A DNA stretch of 64,000 bases from Gammaproteobacteria bacterium (GTDB lineage: Bacteria > Pseudomonadota > Gammaproteobacteria > Steroidobacterales > Steroidobacteraceae): assembly GCA_027315105.1 (NCBI GenBank), contig DAHUYP010000024.1, forward strand, positions 2,125-66,124. Reading direction: 5' to 3'. Shown piece by piece: positions 28,409 to 37,498 of the stretch. The position numbers and the translations under genes are program-made. The number at the start of each line of letters is the position of its first letter. Positions within the stretch are counted from its first letter, which is position 1. The notes below the pieces were generated by a model, which was not told where the DNA came from, ran no database searches, and worked only from the letters and a program-made list of their open reading frames with translations.

Positions 28409-29884
28409 TCAACCGTGCTGCCGGTTCCACCAGCCCCCGCCCAGAGCGACGTACAACGCCACCGTGTCCTGGTAGCGTGCCGCCAGCGCCTGCAGCTCGT
28501 TGATCTTCGCCTGATGATACTGGGCATCGGCATTGAGCACGTCGAGATAGGCTGCGACGCCCGCGGCGTAGTTGGCCTGCACCAGGCGCAATGCCTGCCC
28601 GGCTGCCGCGAGCGCCGCGTCCTGTGCCTGGAGCGTCGCGGCATCGTGATCGAGCGCCTGCAGCGTATCGGCCACCTGGCCGAATGCGCTCAGCACCGTC
28701 TGCCGATACAGCGCCGCGGCCTGCCGGTAATTGTCGGTCGCCGCCTTGCGCCGGAACCACAGGGTGCCGCCCTGGAACAGCGGCGCGGTGGCGTCGGCGC
28801 CGAGACTCCAGGTGCGTCCGCCGGCTGCAAACAGGTTGCCGGGGGTCAGACCGTTGGCGCCGTAATTGCCGCTCAGGCTGACGCTCGGCAGCAGCGCTGC
28901 GGTCGCCACGCCGATGTTGGCGCTGGCCGCATGTGCCGTGGCCTCGGCGATCAGGATGTCGGGGCGCTGGCGCACGAGCTCCGACGGCAGACTGACCGGC
29001 AGATCGGGCGGCAGCGTCAGCTCCGCGAGGCTGATCGGCGGTGCCTGCCATTGCGCCGGCGTGTATCCGGCGAGCGTCGCCAGCAGATCGTCGCTCTGCG
29101 CCAGCTTCTGCTCGAGTTGCGGCATGGCGGCCTGGTAGGAGGCGAGCTGGCTCTGCAGGCTCAGCACGTTCGAGTAGGGCACCGTGCCGGCCTGCGCCTG
29201 GACCGCGGCGAGCCTGACCTGCTCGCCCTGCAGCTCGATGAGCTGCTGCGTGGCATCGATCTGCTCGCGGTAGGCGGCCCTCGCAATCACGGTGTTGACG
29301 ATGTTGGATGCCAGCGTGAGATAGGTCGCCTGCTCGCTGGCGCGCTGCAGCTCGACCTGCGCGCCCAGCGCCTCGATCAGGCGCCGCTGGCCGCCGAACA
29401 GGTCGAGCGCGTAGTTGACGCTCGCGGAGAGCGTGAAGAGGTTGAAGATGCTCGACGGGAAGCTCTGGCCGAACTCGAGGGCCGAGAAGCGCTGGCGGCG
29501 GGCCGCGGCGTCGCCCTCGAGCTGCGGATAGAAGATGCCGTAGCCGCTGCGCAGGCTGTCCTGGCTCTGGCGCAGACTCGCCTGGGCCGCCTCGAGGCCG
29601 GGGTTGCGCGCCAGCGCCTCGGTGACCAGCGCATCGAGCCTGGCGCAATTGAACAAGTGCCACCAATCGGGCGCCGTCGGGGCTCCCGGCGTGAAGCGCT
29701 GCGCGGTGCCGTGCGCGGACGCGGTCTGCGCGGCATCCCCACCGTAAGCATAGTGCGCCGTCGGCGGCGCGCTCGGGCGCACGTAGTCCGGACCGGCGGC
29801 GCAGCCGCCCAACGCGGCGGACAATGCCGCGAGCGCGACCTGCCGCAGGCGCCGGTGGTGACCGGCGCTACTGTTCGCCGACAT
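28409..29884 (-). CDS. efflux outer-membrane factor lipoprotein (NodT family)
   Basis: Lipobox ALGGC-AAGPDY. Two repeats of the OEP/TolC-like helical pattern. 491 aa. Confidence 0.85.
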   Translation of the reverse strand: MSANSSAGHHRRLRQVALAALSAALGGCAAGPDYVRPSAPPTAHYAYGGDAAQTASAHGTAQRFTPGAPTAPDWWHLFNCARLDALVTEALARNPGLEAAQASLRQSQDSLRSGYGIFYPQLEGDAAARRQRFSALEFGQSFPSSIFNLFTLSASVNYALDLFGGQRRLIEALGAQVELQRASEQATYLTLASNIVNTVIARAAYREQIDATQQLIELQGEQVRLAAVQAQAGTVPYSNVLSLQSQLASYQAAMPQLEQKLAQSDDLLATLAGYTPAQWQAPPISLAELTLPPDLPVSLPSELVRQRPDILIAEATAHAASANIGVATAALLPSVSLSGNYGANGLTPGNLFAAGGRTWSLGADATAPLFQGGTLWFRRKAATDNYRQAAALYRQTVLSAFGQVADTLQALDHDAATLQAQDAALAAAGQALRLVQANYAAGVAAYLDVLNADAQYHQAKINELQALAARYQDTVALYVALGGGWWNRQHG

Positions 29885-30953
29885 AGACGTCGACCAGCTG
29901 GCCGGGGTAGAGATTGAGGCCGCTGGAGTTCTCGAAGCGGAAGATCACCGGCAGTACGCGCACGTCGACGCGTTCCTGGCGCTCATCCGACAACTCGATC
30001 TTCGGTGTCACGTACGGCTGGATGCGCGCAAAGGTCAGCGGCACGTGCGTATCGGTGCCGCGGATGAACATCTCGGCCTTGATTCGCCCGGTGTCGGGCA
30101 GACGGTGGATCAGGATTTCGTCGATGTACGCGCGCACCGCCAGATGGCTCTGCGATGTCGCCATGACGATGAGGGGGTCGTAGCCCTGGGTATAGGAATC
30201 GTAAGCCCCCTGCGGCGAGACGTAGCTGCCGACGCCGGTCTGCACCGCGAGCACCACGCCGTCGGCCGGAGCGCGGATCGTATATTTTGCCAGCAGCGCC
30301 GCCGATGCCGCGTAGGCCTTCGACAGCGCGGTGTACTGCCGCTGCTGGTTCTGGATATCGTAGACCCACGCCCCCGCCCGGGTCAGCTCGTATTGCCGCT
30401 GCACGACCTCGAGGTTGGTGGCCGCGACCTTCTCGGCGTTCCTGGCATTGTCCAGTGCATCCAGGCTGACCGATCTGGGCTCCAGGTCATAGGAGCGCTG
30501 CTGCTTGGTCAGGGCGTCGGCCGCGTTCTTGAGGGTCGCCTGCGCGTTCTGCACCTGCGCGAGCGCGACCGCGAGCGTCTCGGGGCGCGGCTGGGCCTTG
30601 AGCTCCTCGAACATTGCCCGGGCCGCGTCGGCCTGCGAGCGCTGCTGCCCGGCGATCGCGCGCTGCACCGAGTCGTCGATCGTCAGCAGCGGCTCACCGC
30701 GCCGTACCTTCCGGCCCTCGCCGGCCATGACCTGCGTGATCGGCCCGGTGACCTCCGGGTAGATGTTGATATTCTCGCCCTGCGGCTGATCGCTCTCGAT
30801 CAGCCCTTCGCAGTAGATGCCGTTCGCATAGGGATTGGCCGCCGGGTTGAACAGCGGCGGCTGCGGCTTGGGCTGCCGCGCAAAGATGTAGGCGCTGACG
30901 AGCGCCAGCACCAGCCCGGCCCCGGATACGAAGAACAGGATCCTATTGCGCAT
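29868..30953 (-). CDS. HlyD/DevB-type periplasmic adaptor
   Basis: N-terminal TM, lipoyl-like hairpin VTGPITQVMAGEGRKVRRGEPLLTIDD, coiled coil and beta-barrel domain. Overlaps both neighbours. Confidence 0.85.
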   Translation of the reverse strand: MRNRILFFVSGAGLVLALVSAYIFARQPKPQPPLFNPAANPYANGIYCEGLIESDQPQGENINIYPEVTGPITQVMAGEGRKVRRGEPLLTIDDSVQRAIAGQQRSQADAARAMFEELKAQPRPETLAVALAQVQNAQATLKNAADALTKQQRSYDLEPRSVSLDALDNARNAEKVAATNLEVVQRQYELTRAGAWVYDIQNQQRQYTALSKAYAASAALLAKYTIRAPADGVVLAVQTGVGSYVSPQGAYDSYTQGYDPLIVMATSQSHLAVRAYIDEILIHRLPDTGRIKAEMFIRGTDTHVPLTFARIQPYVTPKIELSDERQERVDVRVLPVIFRFENSSGLNLYPGQLVDVYVGEQ

Positions 30954-31647
30954 CCAGCTCTCCGCGGTCGAATCCCGTCAGCCGCCCGTCCTCCATCTTC
31001 ATGATGCGGTCGGCGAATTCGTAGATGCGGCTGTCGTGCGTGACGATGATGATGCAGCGCTGCTCGGACAGGATGTGCTCGCGCACGAACTGCACGATGT
31101 TGCGTCCCGTATCCCCATCGAGCGACGCCGTCGGCTCGTCGAGGATCAATACGTCGGGCCGGCCGACGATCGCGCGCGCGATCGCGACGCGCTGCTGCTC
31201 GCCGCCGCTGAGCTTCACCGGCGGCAGGTCCGCCCGGCCCTTCAGGCCTACGATCTCCAGGTCATGCGCAGCCTCGGTGAGCGCCTGGTCCCAGGGGCGT
31301 TGCTGCAGGATCAGCGGAATCGCGACGTTCTCGGCGGTCGTCAGGCGCGGGAACAGGTGGTAGTCCTGGAACACGAAGCCGATCTTGTGCAGCCGGAACT
31401 GCGCCAGCCGGTCGTCGGAGATGCTCCAGATATCGGTATCCTCGACCCTGACGCTGCCGCTGTTGGGCCTGAGGATGCCGGAGATCATGCTCAGCATCGT
31501 GGTCTTGCCGCTGCCGGAGGGACCCACGACGTAGAGCATCTCGCCGAATCTGGCCTCGAAGCTCAGATCCTTGACGGCGTGGGTCCTGGCTTCGCCCTCG
31601 CCGAACCACTTGTTGAGGCCCGCGGCCGAAATGGCGGTGCTGGACAT
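30943..31647 (-). CDS. ABC transporter ATP-binding protein (MacB/DevA type)
   Basis: Walker A GPSGSGKTT, signature LSGGEQQRVAIARA, Walker B ILDEPT. Start at internal ATG 31647. Confidence 0.9.
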   Translation of the reverse strand: MSSTAISAAGLNKWFGEGEARTHAVKDLSFEARFGEMLYVVGPSGSGKTTMLSMISGILRPNSGSVRVEDTDIWSISDDRLAQFRLHKIGFVFQDYHLFPRLTTAENVAIPLILQQRPWDQALTEAAHDLEIVGLKGRADLPPVKLSGGEQQRVAIARAIVGRPDVLILDEPTASLDGDTGRNIVQFVREHILSEQRCIIIVTHDSRIYEFADRIMKMEDGRLTGFDRGELDAQ

Positions 31648-31649
31648 CG

Positions 31650-32801
31650 CTAGCCTCGGAAGATGTCGAATGGCTCGATCGTCAGCACCTTGCGCACGCC
31701 GAAGTAGCTCGAGATCGAGGCGATGACGACCACCATGATGAAAGCCAGGCCGAGATTCGTGTAGGTGACCATGGCCGCGTAGTCGGGCAGGTACAGCCGC
31801 GCCAGCCAGATGACCAGCGAGCACAGGCCGACGCCGAGGCCGTAGCCGGTGAGCGAGACGAACGTCGCCTGGAACAGGATCATCGACACCAGCTCGCTGC
31901 CCTTGGCTCCGATCGCCTTGAGCGCGCCGAACTTCTCGATGTTCTCGAGAATGAACGTATAGAACGTCTGCCCGGATATCGACAGGCCGATGATGAAGCT
32001 GATGAGCGTCATGATCAGCATGTTGGTGCCGATGCCGGTCTGGTACTTGTAGAAGGCCGAGATCTTGCGGATGAACTCGTCCTTCGTCAGTGCGAGGTAC
32101 CCCGCGGCCGCAACCTGCCGCTTGATGGCCGCCACGTCGGCGGGCTTCTTCGGCTCGACCAGCACGTACGAGATCGTGAAGCGCGAATTGGGTATGTACT
32201 GCATCGCGCGGTAATAGGTGGTGTAGAGCGTCGGCACGCCGAACAGGCCGCTCGAGATCACGCGCGCGGTGCCGACGATGACGCCGCGATGGTCATTGAG
32301 CTCGAACTGCGCCCCGATGTTCGCGCCCTTGAGCTTGTAGAACTCCGAGTCGTCGACGGCGATGAAGGCGTTCTCGGCGAAGATGTTCTCGATGTGGCCG
32401 GAGATCAGCTGCGGCCGGCCGAACAGGCTGCTGTCGTCCAGCCCGATGACATTCGCCGCCTGATACGTGCCGTCGTGCAGCTTCAGCAGCGCGGCGCCGG
32501 AATACAGCGGCACGGCATACTTGACGCCCGGGATGCTGCGCACTTCGTCGAGCACGTAGTCGGGCACCGGGATGGTGTTGGCGACCGTCTGCACGGACGG
32601 GTCCATGACCCAGATCGAGGCGCCGATGTTGATCACCGTGGCCGACGCGCGGCTCAGGATGCCGGCGAACAACGACGTCATCTCGATCATCAGGAACACG
32701 GCGAAGGTGATGCCGACCAGCAGCGCGGCGAACTTGGTCCGGTCGTTGACCAGGAGCTTGAAGGCGATCCGGTAGATTCCGGGCATTTGCAGCTGTCGCA
32801 T
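31650..32801 (-). CDS. ABC transporter permease (FtsX/DevC type)
   Basis: N-terminal TM, large periplasmic loop and a C-terminal 3-TM FtsX-like bundle. Its stop lies 3 nt before the ATPase start. Confidence 0.85.
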   Translation of the reverse strand: MRQLQMPGIYRIAFKLLVNDRTKFAALLVGITFAVFLMIEMTSLFAGILSRASATVINIGASIWVMDPSVQTVANTIPVPDYVLDEVRSIPGVKYAVPLYSGAALLKLHDGTYQAANVIGLDDSSLFGRPQLISGHIENIFAENAFIAVDDSEFYKLKGANIGAQFELNDHRGVIVGTARVISSGLFGVPTLYTTYYRAMQYIPNSRFTISYVLVEPKKPADVAAIKRQVAAAGYLALTKDEFIRKISAFYKYQTGIGTNMLIMTLISFIIGLSISGQTFYTFILENIEKFGALKAIGAKGSELVSMILFQATFVSLTGYGLGVGLCSLVIWLARLYLPDYAAMVTYTNLGLAFIMVVVIASISSYFGVRKVLTIEPFDIFRG

Positions 32802-33041
32802 GGTGGTGGGTCCAGGATGCCGGCGGGCGGTGCGCCTGGCCGCGCGCGAACGCCGCGTGCAGCCCCGCGGACCGATGCGTCCGCACGCCGGCATCGTCGC
32901 ACCGGCGCGCCCGCCGGCGCCATACGAACAAACGCGTAACGCGCGGCGATGAATGCGCGGCCGCCGGCACGCGCGCGCGCTGCCGGCGCAGCGTCATCGC
33001 GGGCGCATGCCGCAACGCGGGCGGCCGCCGCGAAAAGCCGC

Positions 33042-33080
33042 GGCGGGAGGCCAGGGCGGGAGGCTCGGGCGGGAGGCTAG
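33042..33080. repeat. 13-bp tandem repeat x3 (GGCGGGAGGCyrG)
   Basis: GGCGGGAGGCCAG / GGCGGGAGGCTCG / GGCGGGAGGCTAG at 33042-54, 33055-67 and 33068-80. The third unit contains the stop codon (complement of 33077-79) of the host-attachment gene. Confidence 0.8.
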
Positions 33081-33550
33081 GGCGAGCGCGCCGAAGAGGC
33101 CGCGGACAGGTGTGCGGCGAGCCCGCTCGGCGGCTCGTGAACCAGATCCTTGTGAACCTCATCGACCACGAGGGTGCGCAGCGCCGGGGACAGGACCTCG
33201 CGCAGCAGGCCGAGGAAGCGCGGTCCGGCCACCAGGATCAGCTGCTGCACGGCGCCGTCCTGATGGGCCTGCTCGAGCTGCGCGGCGATCTGCCGTGCAA
33301 ACAGCAGTGCCTCGTGCTCGCGCGGGCTGCGCTCGCCGCCGGCGCCGTGGTGCGCCGTGGCGCCGCGCCGCCCGTGGTCGGCAGCCGCATGGTTGGAGAA
33401 GTGGCCGGGCCGGTCGGAGCTGAAGTCGCGGTCGTGCAAGTGCGCCTTCGGGTCGGTCAGCCGCTGCACGAACGTGAGCGGGTGACCGGCGCGCTCGGTG
33501 TCGTAGAAGCAGGCCTCGCTCTGATCGGCCACCACAATTCGAATCGTCAT
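33077..33550 (-). CDS. host-attachment family protein (aeRF1-like fold proposed)
   Basis: MTIRIVVADQSEACFYD..LTDPKAHLHDRDFSSDRPGH..EALLFARQIAAQLEQA..QLILVAGPRFLGLLRE..VHKDL matches my recollection of the Host_attach family. GGGAGA before ATG 33550. Confidence 0.7.
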   Translation of the reverse strand: MTIRIVVADQSEACFYDTERAGHPLTFVQRLTDPKAHLHDRDFSSDRPGHFSNHAAADHGRRGATAHHGAGGERSPREHEALLFARQIAAQLEQAHQDGAVQQLILVAGPRFLGLLREVLSPALRTLVVDEVHKDLVHEPPSGLAAHLSAASSARSP

Positions 33551-33602
33551 GCTCGATCTCCCTCGCAGTGTGTGCGGATCGCCGCCGGGCGCATGGTCGG
33601 CG

Positions 33603-34043
33603 TCAGGCGCGCGCGCTCGCCGACTGCTGCGCGACGATGGCCGCGAGCGCATTGAGGTCCCTGGCGATCTGGCGCAGCAGATCGTCGGTCGATATCACTC
33701 CCACGAGCCGGCCGTTGGCGGCGATGACCGGGGCGCGCCGGACGCGGCCGGCGCGCAGCCGCCGCAACGCTTCGGCGATGTCGTCGCGCTCGTTCACCAC
33801 CAGCGGATCGCGTGTCATCGTGTCGGCGGCATTGAGCTGCGAGAAGTCGGCCACGTGCGACAGCTGAGCGCGCACCAGGTCGCGGTCCGTGAGGATCCCC
33901 ACGACCACCGGCTCATCGGCCGGTGACTGTGTGACGATCACGGCGCCGCAGCGGCGCTCGTACATGAGGCGGGCGACTTCCGACAGCGGCGCATCGACGG
34001 CGACGCTGACGATCTGGCGGCTGCAGACGCTTCCCACATCCAT
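33603..34043 (-). CDS. CBS-pair domain protein
   Basis: Two CBS motifs (GAVIVT..VVGILTDRDLV ; RRAPVIAANGRLVGVISTDDLL). 146 aa. Confidence 0.85.
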   Translation of the reverse strand: MDVGSVCSRQIVSVAVDAPLSEVARLMYERRCGAVIVTQSPADEPVVVGILTDRDLVRAQLSHVADFSQLNAADTMTRDPLVVNERDDIAEALRRLRAGRVRRAPVIAANGRLVGVISTDDLLRQIARDLNALAAIVAQQSASARA

Positions 34044-34058
34044 GGTCCGGTCCTCGTG

Positions 34059-34113
34059 ACGATGACGGCAGTCTGCGTACGATGATGCCGCATGGCAATG
34101 CGTAGCAATGCGG
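34059..34113. repeat. nested direct/inverted repeats in the divergent CBS-CBS intergenic region
   Basis: ACGATGA at 34059-65 and 34079-85 (20-bp phasing). GCAATGCG at 34095-102 and 34105-112 (10-bp phasing). CCGCAT (34088-93) / ATGCGG (34108-13) form an inverted pair. Confidence 0.6.
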
Positions 34114-34180
34114 ATGCCGCGGCCGGCTCCGGCGTCGTAGGCTTGGCGGGTGTCGGGCAGTTGCAGGACCAGGAGGTCGC

Positions 34181-34624
34181 ATGACGGTCGGTGAGATCTG
34201 CAGCCGCGAAGTCTATCTGGCGAAGCCCGAGCAGGCGCTCGTCGAGGCAGCGCGCGAGATGCAGCATCGGCACATCGGTGCGCTCGTGGTCGTGGGTTCG
34301 GCCGCCGCGCCGCTGCGGCCGATCGGCATGCTCACCGATCGCGACATCGTCTGCGGACAGGTGTCGCGCAAGGCGGACCTGCACTGCCTGACGGTTGCCG
34401 ACGTCATGTCGGGGTTTCCGCTGACGCTGCCGGAAGACGGTGGCCTGAGCGAGGCGATTGCCGCCCTGCAGGTACGCGGGGTGCGCCGGGCGCCGGTGGT
34501 CAGCGCGGCGGGCGATCTGGTCGGCATCGTGACGCTCGATGATCTGATGCCGGCCGTCGCCGCCGAGCTCAATGCGCTCGCCAACCTGATGGCGGCGCAG
34601 GCTTCGGTCGAGACCCAGCACTGA
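34181..34624 (+). CDS. CBS-pair domain protein (paralogue)
   Basis: AGGAGG before ATG 34181. GALVVV..PIGMLTDRDIV ; RRAPVVSAAGDLVGIVTLDDLM. Same architecture and C-terminal ..LNALA.. helix as the divergent neighbour. Confidence 0.85.
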   Translation: MTVGEICSREVYLAKPEQALVEAAREMQHRHIGALVVVGSAAAPLRPIGMLTDRDIVCGQVSRKADLHCLTVADVMSGFPLTLPEDGGLSEAIAALQVRGVRRAPVVSAAGDLVGIVTLDDLMPAVAAELNALANLMAAQASVETQH

Positions 34625-34904
34625 TGCTGCGCCACGGACGGCGATGGCCAGGCGCGCGCCCCGGCGGCGCGGCGCGTGCGGCCGGTCCGGGGTCTGCTTC
34701 CATTGCAGGAGGATCGATGACGCACTTGCTGAAGAGAAGGCCGCAACTGGTCTGTGCGGATCAGGCGCCGGCGGCTTGGGTGCGTGCCGTGGCCGCGGTG
34801 CTGAAGTCGCGGCTGCTGCCGGCGTGCGCGCCGGCATGGCGGCCCGCACACGTGGCGGCCGCGAGGCCCCGGGGCAGCGGACGCGGCTGCTGAGGGCAAG
34901 ACCG

Positions 34905-36671
34905 ATGGCTGCGGAATCGGCCGTGGCGGCACGAGGCGCCACGCGCCCGGCGGCGCTGCCCAATGAGGCGGTGGCGGCGGCGTTCGACGAAATGGCCGAC
35001 CTGCTGGCGATCAGCGGCGAGAACCGCTTTCGCATCGGCGCCTACCGGCGCGCGGCCCGGATCGTGCGTACGTTGCCGCGTGCGTTGTCGGAATTCGCGG
35101 GCATCGAGGAGCTCGATCAGATCCCGGGCATCGGGCCGGACCTGGCGGCCAAGATCCAGGAGTTGCTGCGCACCCGAACGCTGCGATCGCTGCAGCAGCT
35201 GCGAACGAAGGTGCCGGCGGGGCTGCGTGCGCTGCTGGGGCTGCCCGGGCTGGGCCCGATTCGCGTGCGCGCGCTGCACAGTGCGCTGGGCATCAAGGGC
35301 ATGGATGACCTGCGGCGCGCACTGGCGGCGGATCGATTGCAGCGGCTGCGGGGCTTCGGACCGGTGCTGCAGCAGCGCCTGGAGCAGGCCCTGAGTGCCG
35401 CCGCCGCCCCGCAGCGCTGGCTCTGGTCGGTCGCCGCGCAATACGCCGAGCCGCTGCGCGACTACCTGCGGTCCCTGCCGCGCGTGACGCAGGTCGAGAT
35501 CGCCGGCAGCTACCGCCGCGGGCGCGACACGGTGGGTGATCTGGACCTGGTGGTATGCGCGCGCGGCCCGCTCGACCTGGCGAGCGCGCTGCGCGGCTAC
35601 GCCGAGGTGCGCGATCTGTCGGCCGCCGGGCCTACGCGCTGCAGCGCGGTGCTTGCCAACGGCATGCAGGTCGATGTGCGCGTGGTTGCGCCCGACAGCG
35701 CCGGTGCCGCCCTCTACTATTTCACGGGCAGCCGCGAGCACGGCGTGCGCATGCGGCAGCGGGCGCAGGCACGCGGACTGAAGCTCAATGAGTACGGGCT
35801 GTTTCGCGGGCGCAGGCGCATCGCCGGAGCGAGCGAGCAGCAGATCCTGACGGCGCTGGGATTGCCCTGGATTGCGCCCGAGCTGCGCGAGGACCGCGGC
35901 GAGATCGATGCGGCGCAGCGCGGCGAACTGCCGCAGTTGATCGAGCTTCGGGATCTGCAGGGCGATCTGCATGCCCATACCAGCGCCAGTGACGGGCGCG
36001 AGCCGATGCCGAAGATGGTGGCGGCGGCTCGGGCGCAGAAGCTGCGCTTCATGGCCATCACCGATCATTCGCGTCACCTGGGGGTGGTGCACGGCCTGGA
36101 TGCCGGGCGCCTGGCCCGGCAGATCGACGAGATCGATGCATTGAACGAGACGCTCGAGGACTTCGCGGTTCTCAAGGGCGCGGAGGTCGATATTCTGCCC
36201 GATGGCCGTCTGGCGCTGCCCGACTCGATCCTGCGGCGGCTCGACGTCGTGGTGGCGGCGATCCACAGCCACTTCGACCTGCCGCAGGCGCAGCAGACCA
36301 GCAGGATATTGCGGGCACTGGAGCGCCCGTGCGTTTCGATCCTGGCTCATCCGACCGGGCGCCTGCTCGGGGAGCGCGCGCCCTATGCGGTCAGTTTCGA
36401 GCGCATCCTCGCCGCGGCGCGCGCCCGTCCCTGCTTCCTGGAACTGAACTCGCAGCCGGCGCGCCTGGATATGGACGATGTCCTCTGCCAGGCCGCGCAC
36501 GCGCACGGAGTGCTGGTCAGCGTGGCCAGCGATGCGCATTCCGGCGCCGAGCTGGCGGATCTGGCGGGCGGCATCCGCCAGGCGCGCCGCGGCTGGCTGT
36601 GTGCGAAGGACGTGCTCAATGCGCGGCCGCTGCGCGAGGTCAAGGCGCTGCTCGCGACCACGCGCCTCTGA
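34905..36671 (+). CDS. polX: family X DNA polymerase with PHP domain
   Basis: HhH IPGIGPDLAAKIQELL, nucleotidyltransferase GSYRRGRDTVGDLDLVV, PHP motifs GDLHAHTSASDG, ITDHS, AAIHSH, LAHPTGR, SDAHS. Start at ATG 34905 (588 aa). Confidence 0.85.
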   Translation: MAAESAVAARGATRPAALPNEAVAAAFDEMADLLAISGENRFRIGAYRRAARIVRTLPRALSEFAGIEELDQIPGIGPDLAAKIQELLRTRTLRSLQQLRTKVPAGLRALLGLPGLGPIRVRALHSALGIKGMDDLRRALAADRLQRLRGFGPVLQQRLEQALSAAAAPQRWLWSVAAQYAEPLRDYLRSLPRVTQVEIAGSYRRGRDTVGDLDLVVCARGPLDLASALRGYAEVRDLSAAGPTRCSAVLANGMQVDVRVVAPDSAGAALYYFTGSREHGVRMRQRAQARGLKLNEYGLFRGRRRIAGASEQQILTALGLPWIAPELREDRGEIDAAQRGELPQLIELRDLQGDLHAHTSASDGREPMPKMVAAARAQKLRFMAITDHSRHLGVVHGLDAGRLARQIDEIDALNETLEDFAVLKGAEVDILPDGRLALPDSILRRLDVVVAAIHSHFDLPQAQQTSRILRALERPCVSILAHPTGRLLGERAPYAVSFERILAAARARPCFLELNSQPARLDMDDVLCQAAHAHGVLVSVASDAHSGAELADLAGGIRQARRGWLCAKDVLNARPLREVKALLATTRL

Positions 36672-36803
36672 GCGCCACGCCCGGCCGTGCAGGGGCCGGG
36701 CCGACATCGGGCCCGGCGGATGCGAGCTAGGGGTTTTCCGGCGTTGCGCCCACGGCCGACCCGTTGTCCGATAGCGCAACGCCCATTCGCACGGAGCGCC
36801 GCG

Positions 36804-37013
36804 ATGCCTTGGACGACGCAGAGATATCCGCCGGCCATGCAGCACCTGCCCGACGCGGTGCGCGAAAAGGCGATCGAAATCGCGAACGCGTTGCTGGCAG
36901 AGGGCCATGACGAAGGCCGCGCGATCCGCATCGGGATCGCACAGGCCAGGCGCTGGGCGCGGCGGCATTGGGGAGCGCCCGGTTCCGCGGCTGCGCGGCA
37001 GGCGCACCGGTGA
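36804..37013 (+). CDS. ChaB-like small protein
   Basis: MPWTTQRYPPAMQHLPDAVREKAIEIANALLAEGHDEGRAIRIGIAQARRWA. GGAG 7 nt before ATG 36804. The family call is tentative. Confidence 0.5.
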   Translation: MPWTTQRYPPAMQHLPDAVREKAIEIANALLAEGHDEGRAIRIGIAQARRWARRHWGAPGSAAARQAHR

Positions 37014-37468
37014 GCGCGCGGCACGACCGCCGGCGCCGCGCGCGCGCTGCCGCGACCGCATTCGCGCTGCTGCTGCTGCCGGGGCTGCTGCCAGCGATGC
37101 ACGCGGACGCGGAGGATCTCTCGGGCTACAGCGGCGCCGGGCTGTATCAACGATTCTGCGCCAGTTGCCACGGCCTGCGGGGCCTGGGCGACGGGCCGGT
37201 CGCCGGCTCGCTGAATGTCATGGTGCCGGACCTCACGCGCATTGCGGCGCGCCACGGCGGCACGTTTCCGGCCGACCAGGTCCGGCGCATCATCGACGGC
37301 CGCACGGTACAGCCGCCCCATGGATCGCGCGACATGCCGGTCTGGGGCTACGAGTTCGGGGTGGCGGAAGCGGGCGACGCGGTTGCCGGCACGGGACCCG
37401 CGCCGGTGCCGGCGGCAGAACTGGTCGGGCGCCTGCTGGACTACGTACGCTCGATGCAGCGTAAATAG
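37010..37468 (+). CDS. c-type cytochrome (class I, monoheme)
   Basis: Signal-like RRRRARAAATAFALLLLPGLLPAMHA. Heme motif CASCH. Distal Met candidate in SRDMPVWG. GTG 37010 overlaps the ChaB-like stop (GTGA). Confidence 0.75.
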   Translation: MSARHDRRRRARAAATAFALLLLPGLLPAMHADAEDLSGYSGAGLYQRFCASCHGLRGLGDGPVAGSLNVMVPDLTRIAARHGGTFPADQVRRIIDGRTVQPPHGSRDMPVWGYEFGVAEAGDAVAGTGPAPVPAAELVGRLLDYVRSMQRK

Positions 37469-37470
37469 CG

Positions 37471-37494
37471 CGCGCCGCGCGTGCCCGCGGCGCG
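37471..37494. terminator. 9-bp GC hairpin between convergent cytochrome c and PilZ genes
   Basis: CGCGCCGCG-CGTGCC-CGCGGCGCG (37471-79 / 37486-94). Only a weak T-rich flank (TATTT) on the minus-strand side. Confidence 0.35.
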
Positions 37495-37498
37495 GTCC

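Noticed and set aside
33042-33080. The GGAGG cores of the 13-bp repeats as ribosome-binding sites for a plus-strand gene.
   Set aside because: No start codon with a plausible coding ORF follows on the plus strand. The only ORF there (32953..33423) is Arg/Ala junk antisense to the host-attachment gene.
34089-34095. Heptamer CCATGCG (or its complement) recurring in stress-locus promoters: 34089-95, 43014-20 and 48916-22.
   Set aside because: My rough base-composition estimate predicts on the order of 15 chance occurrences per 64 kb on both strands. Spacing to the start codons is inconsistent. A proper motif-enrichment test is needed before any claim.
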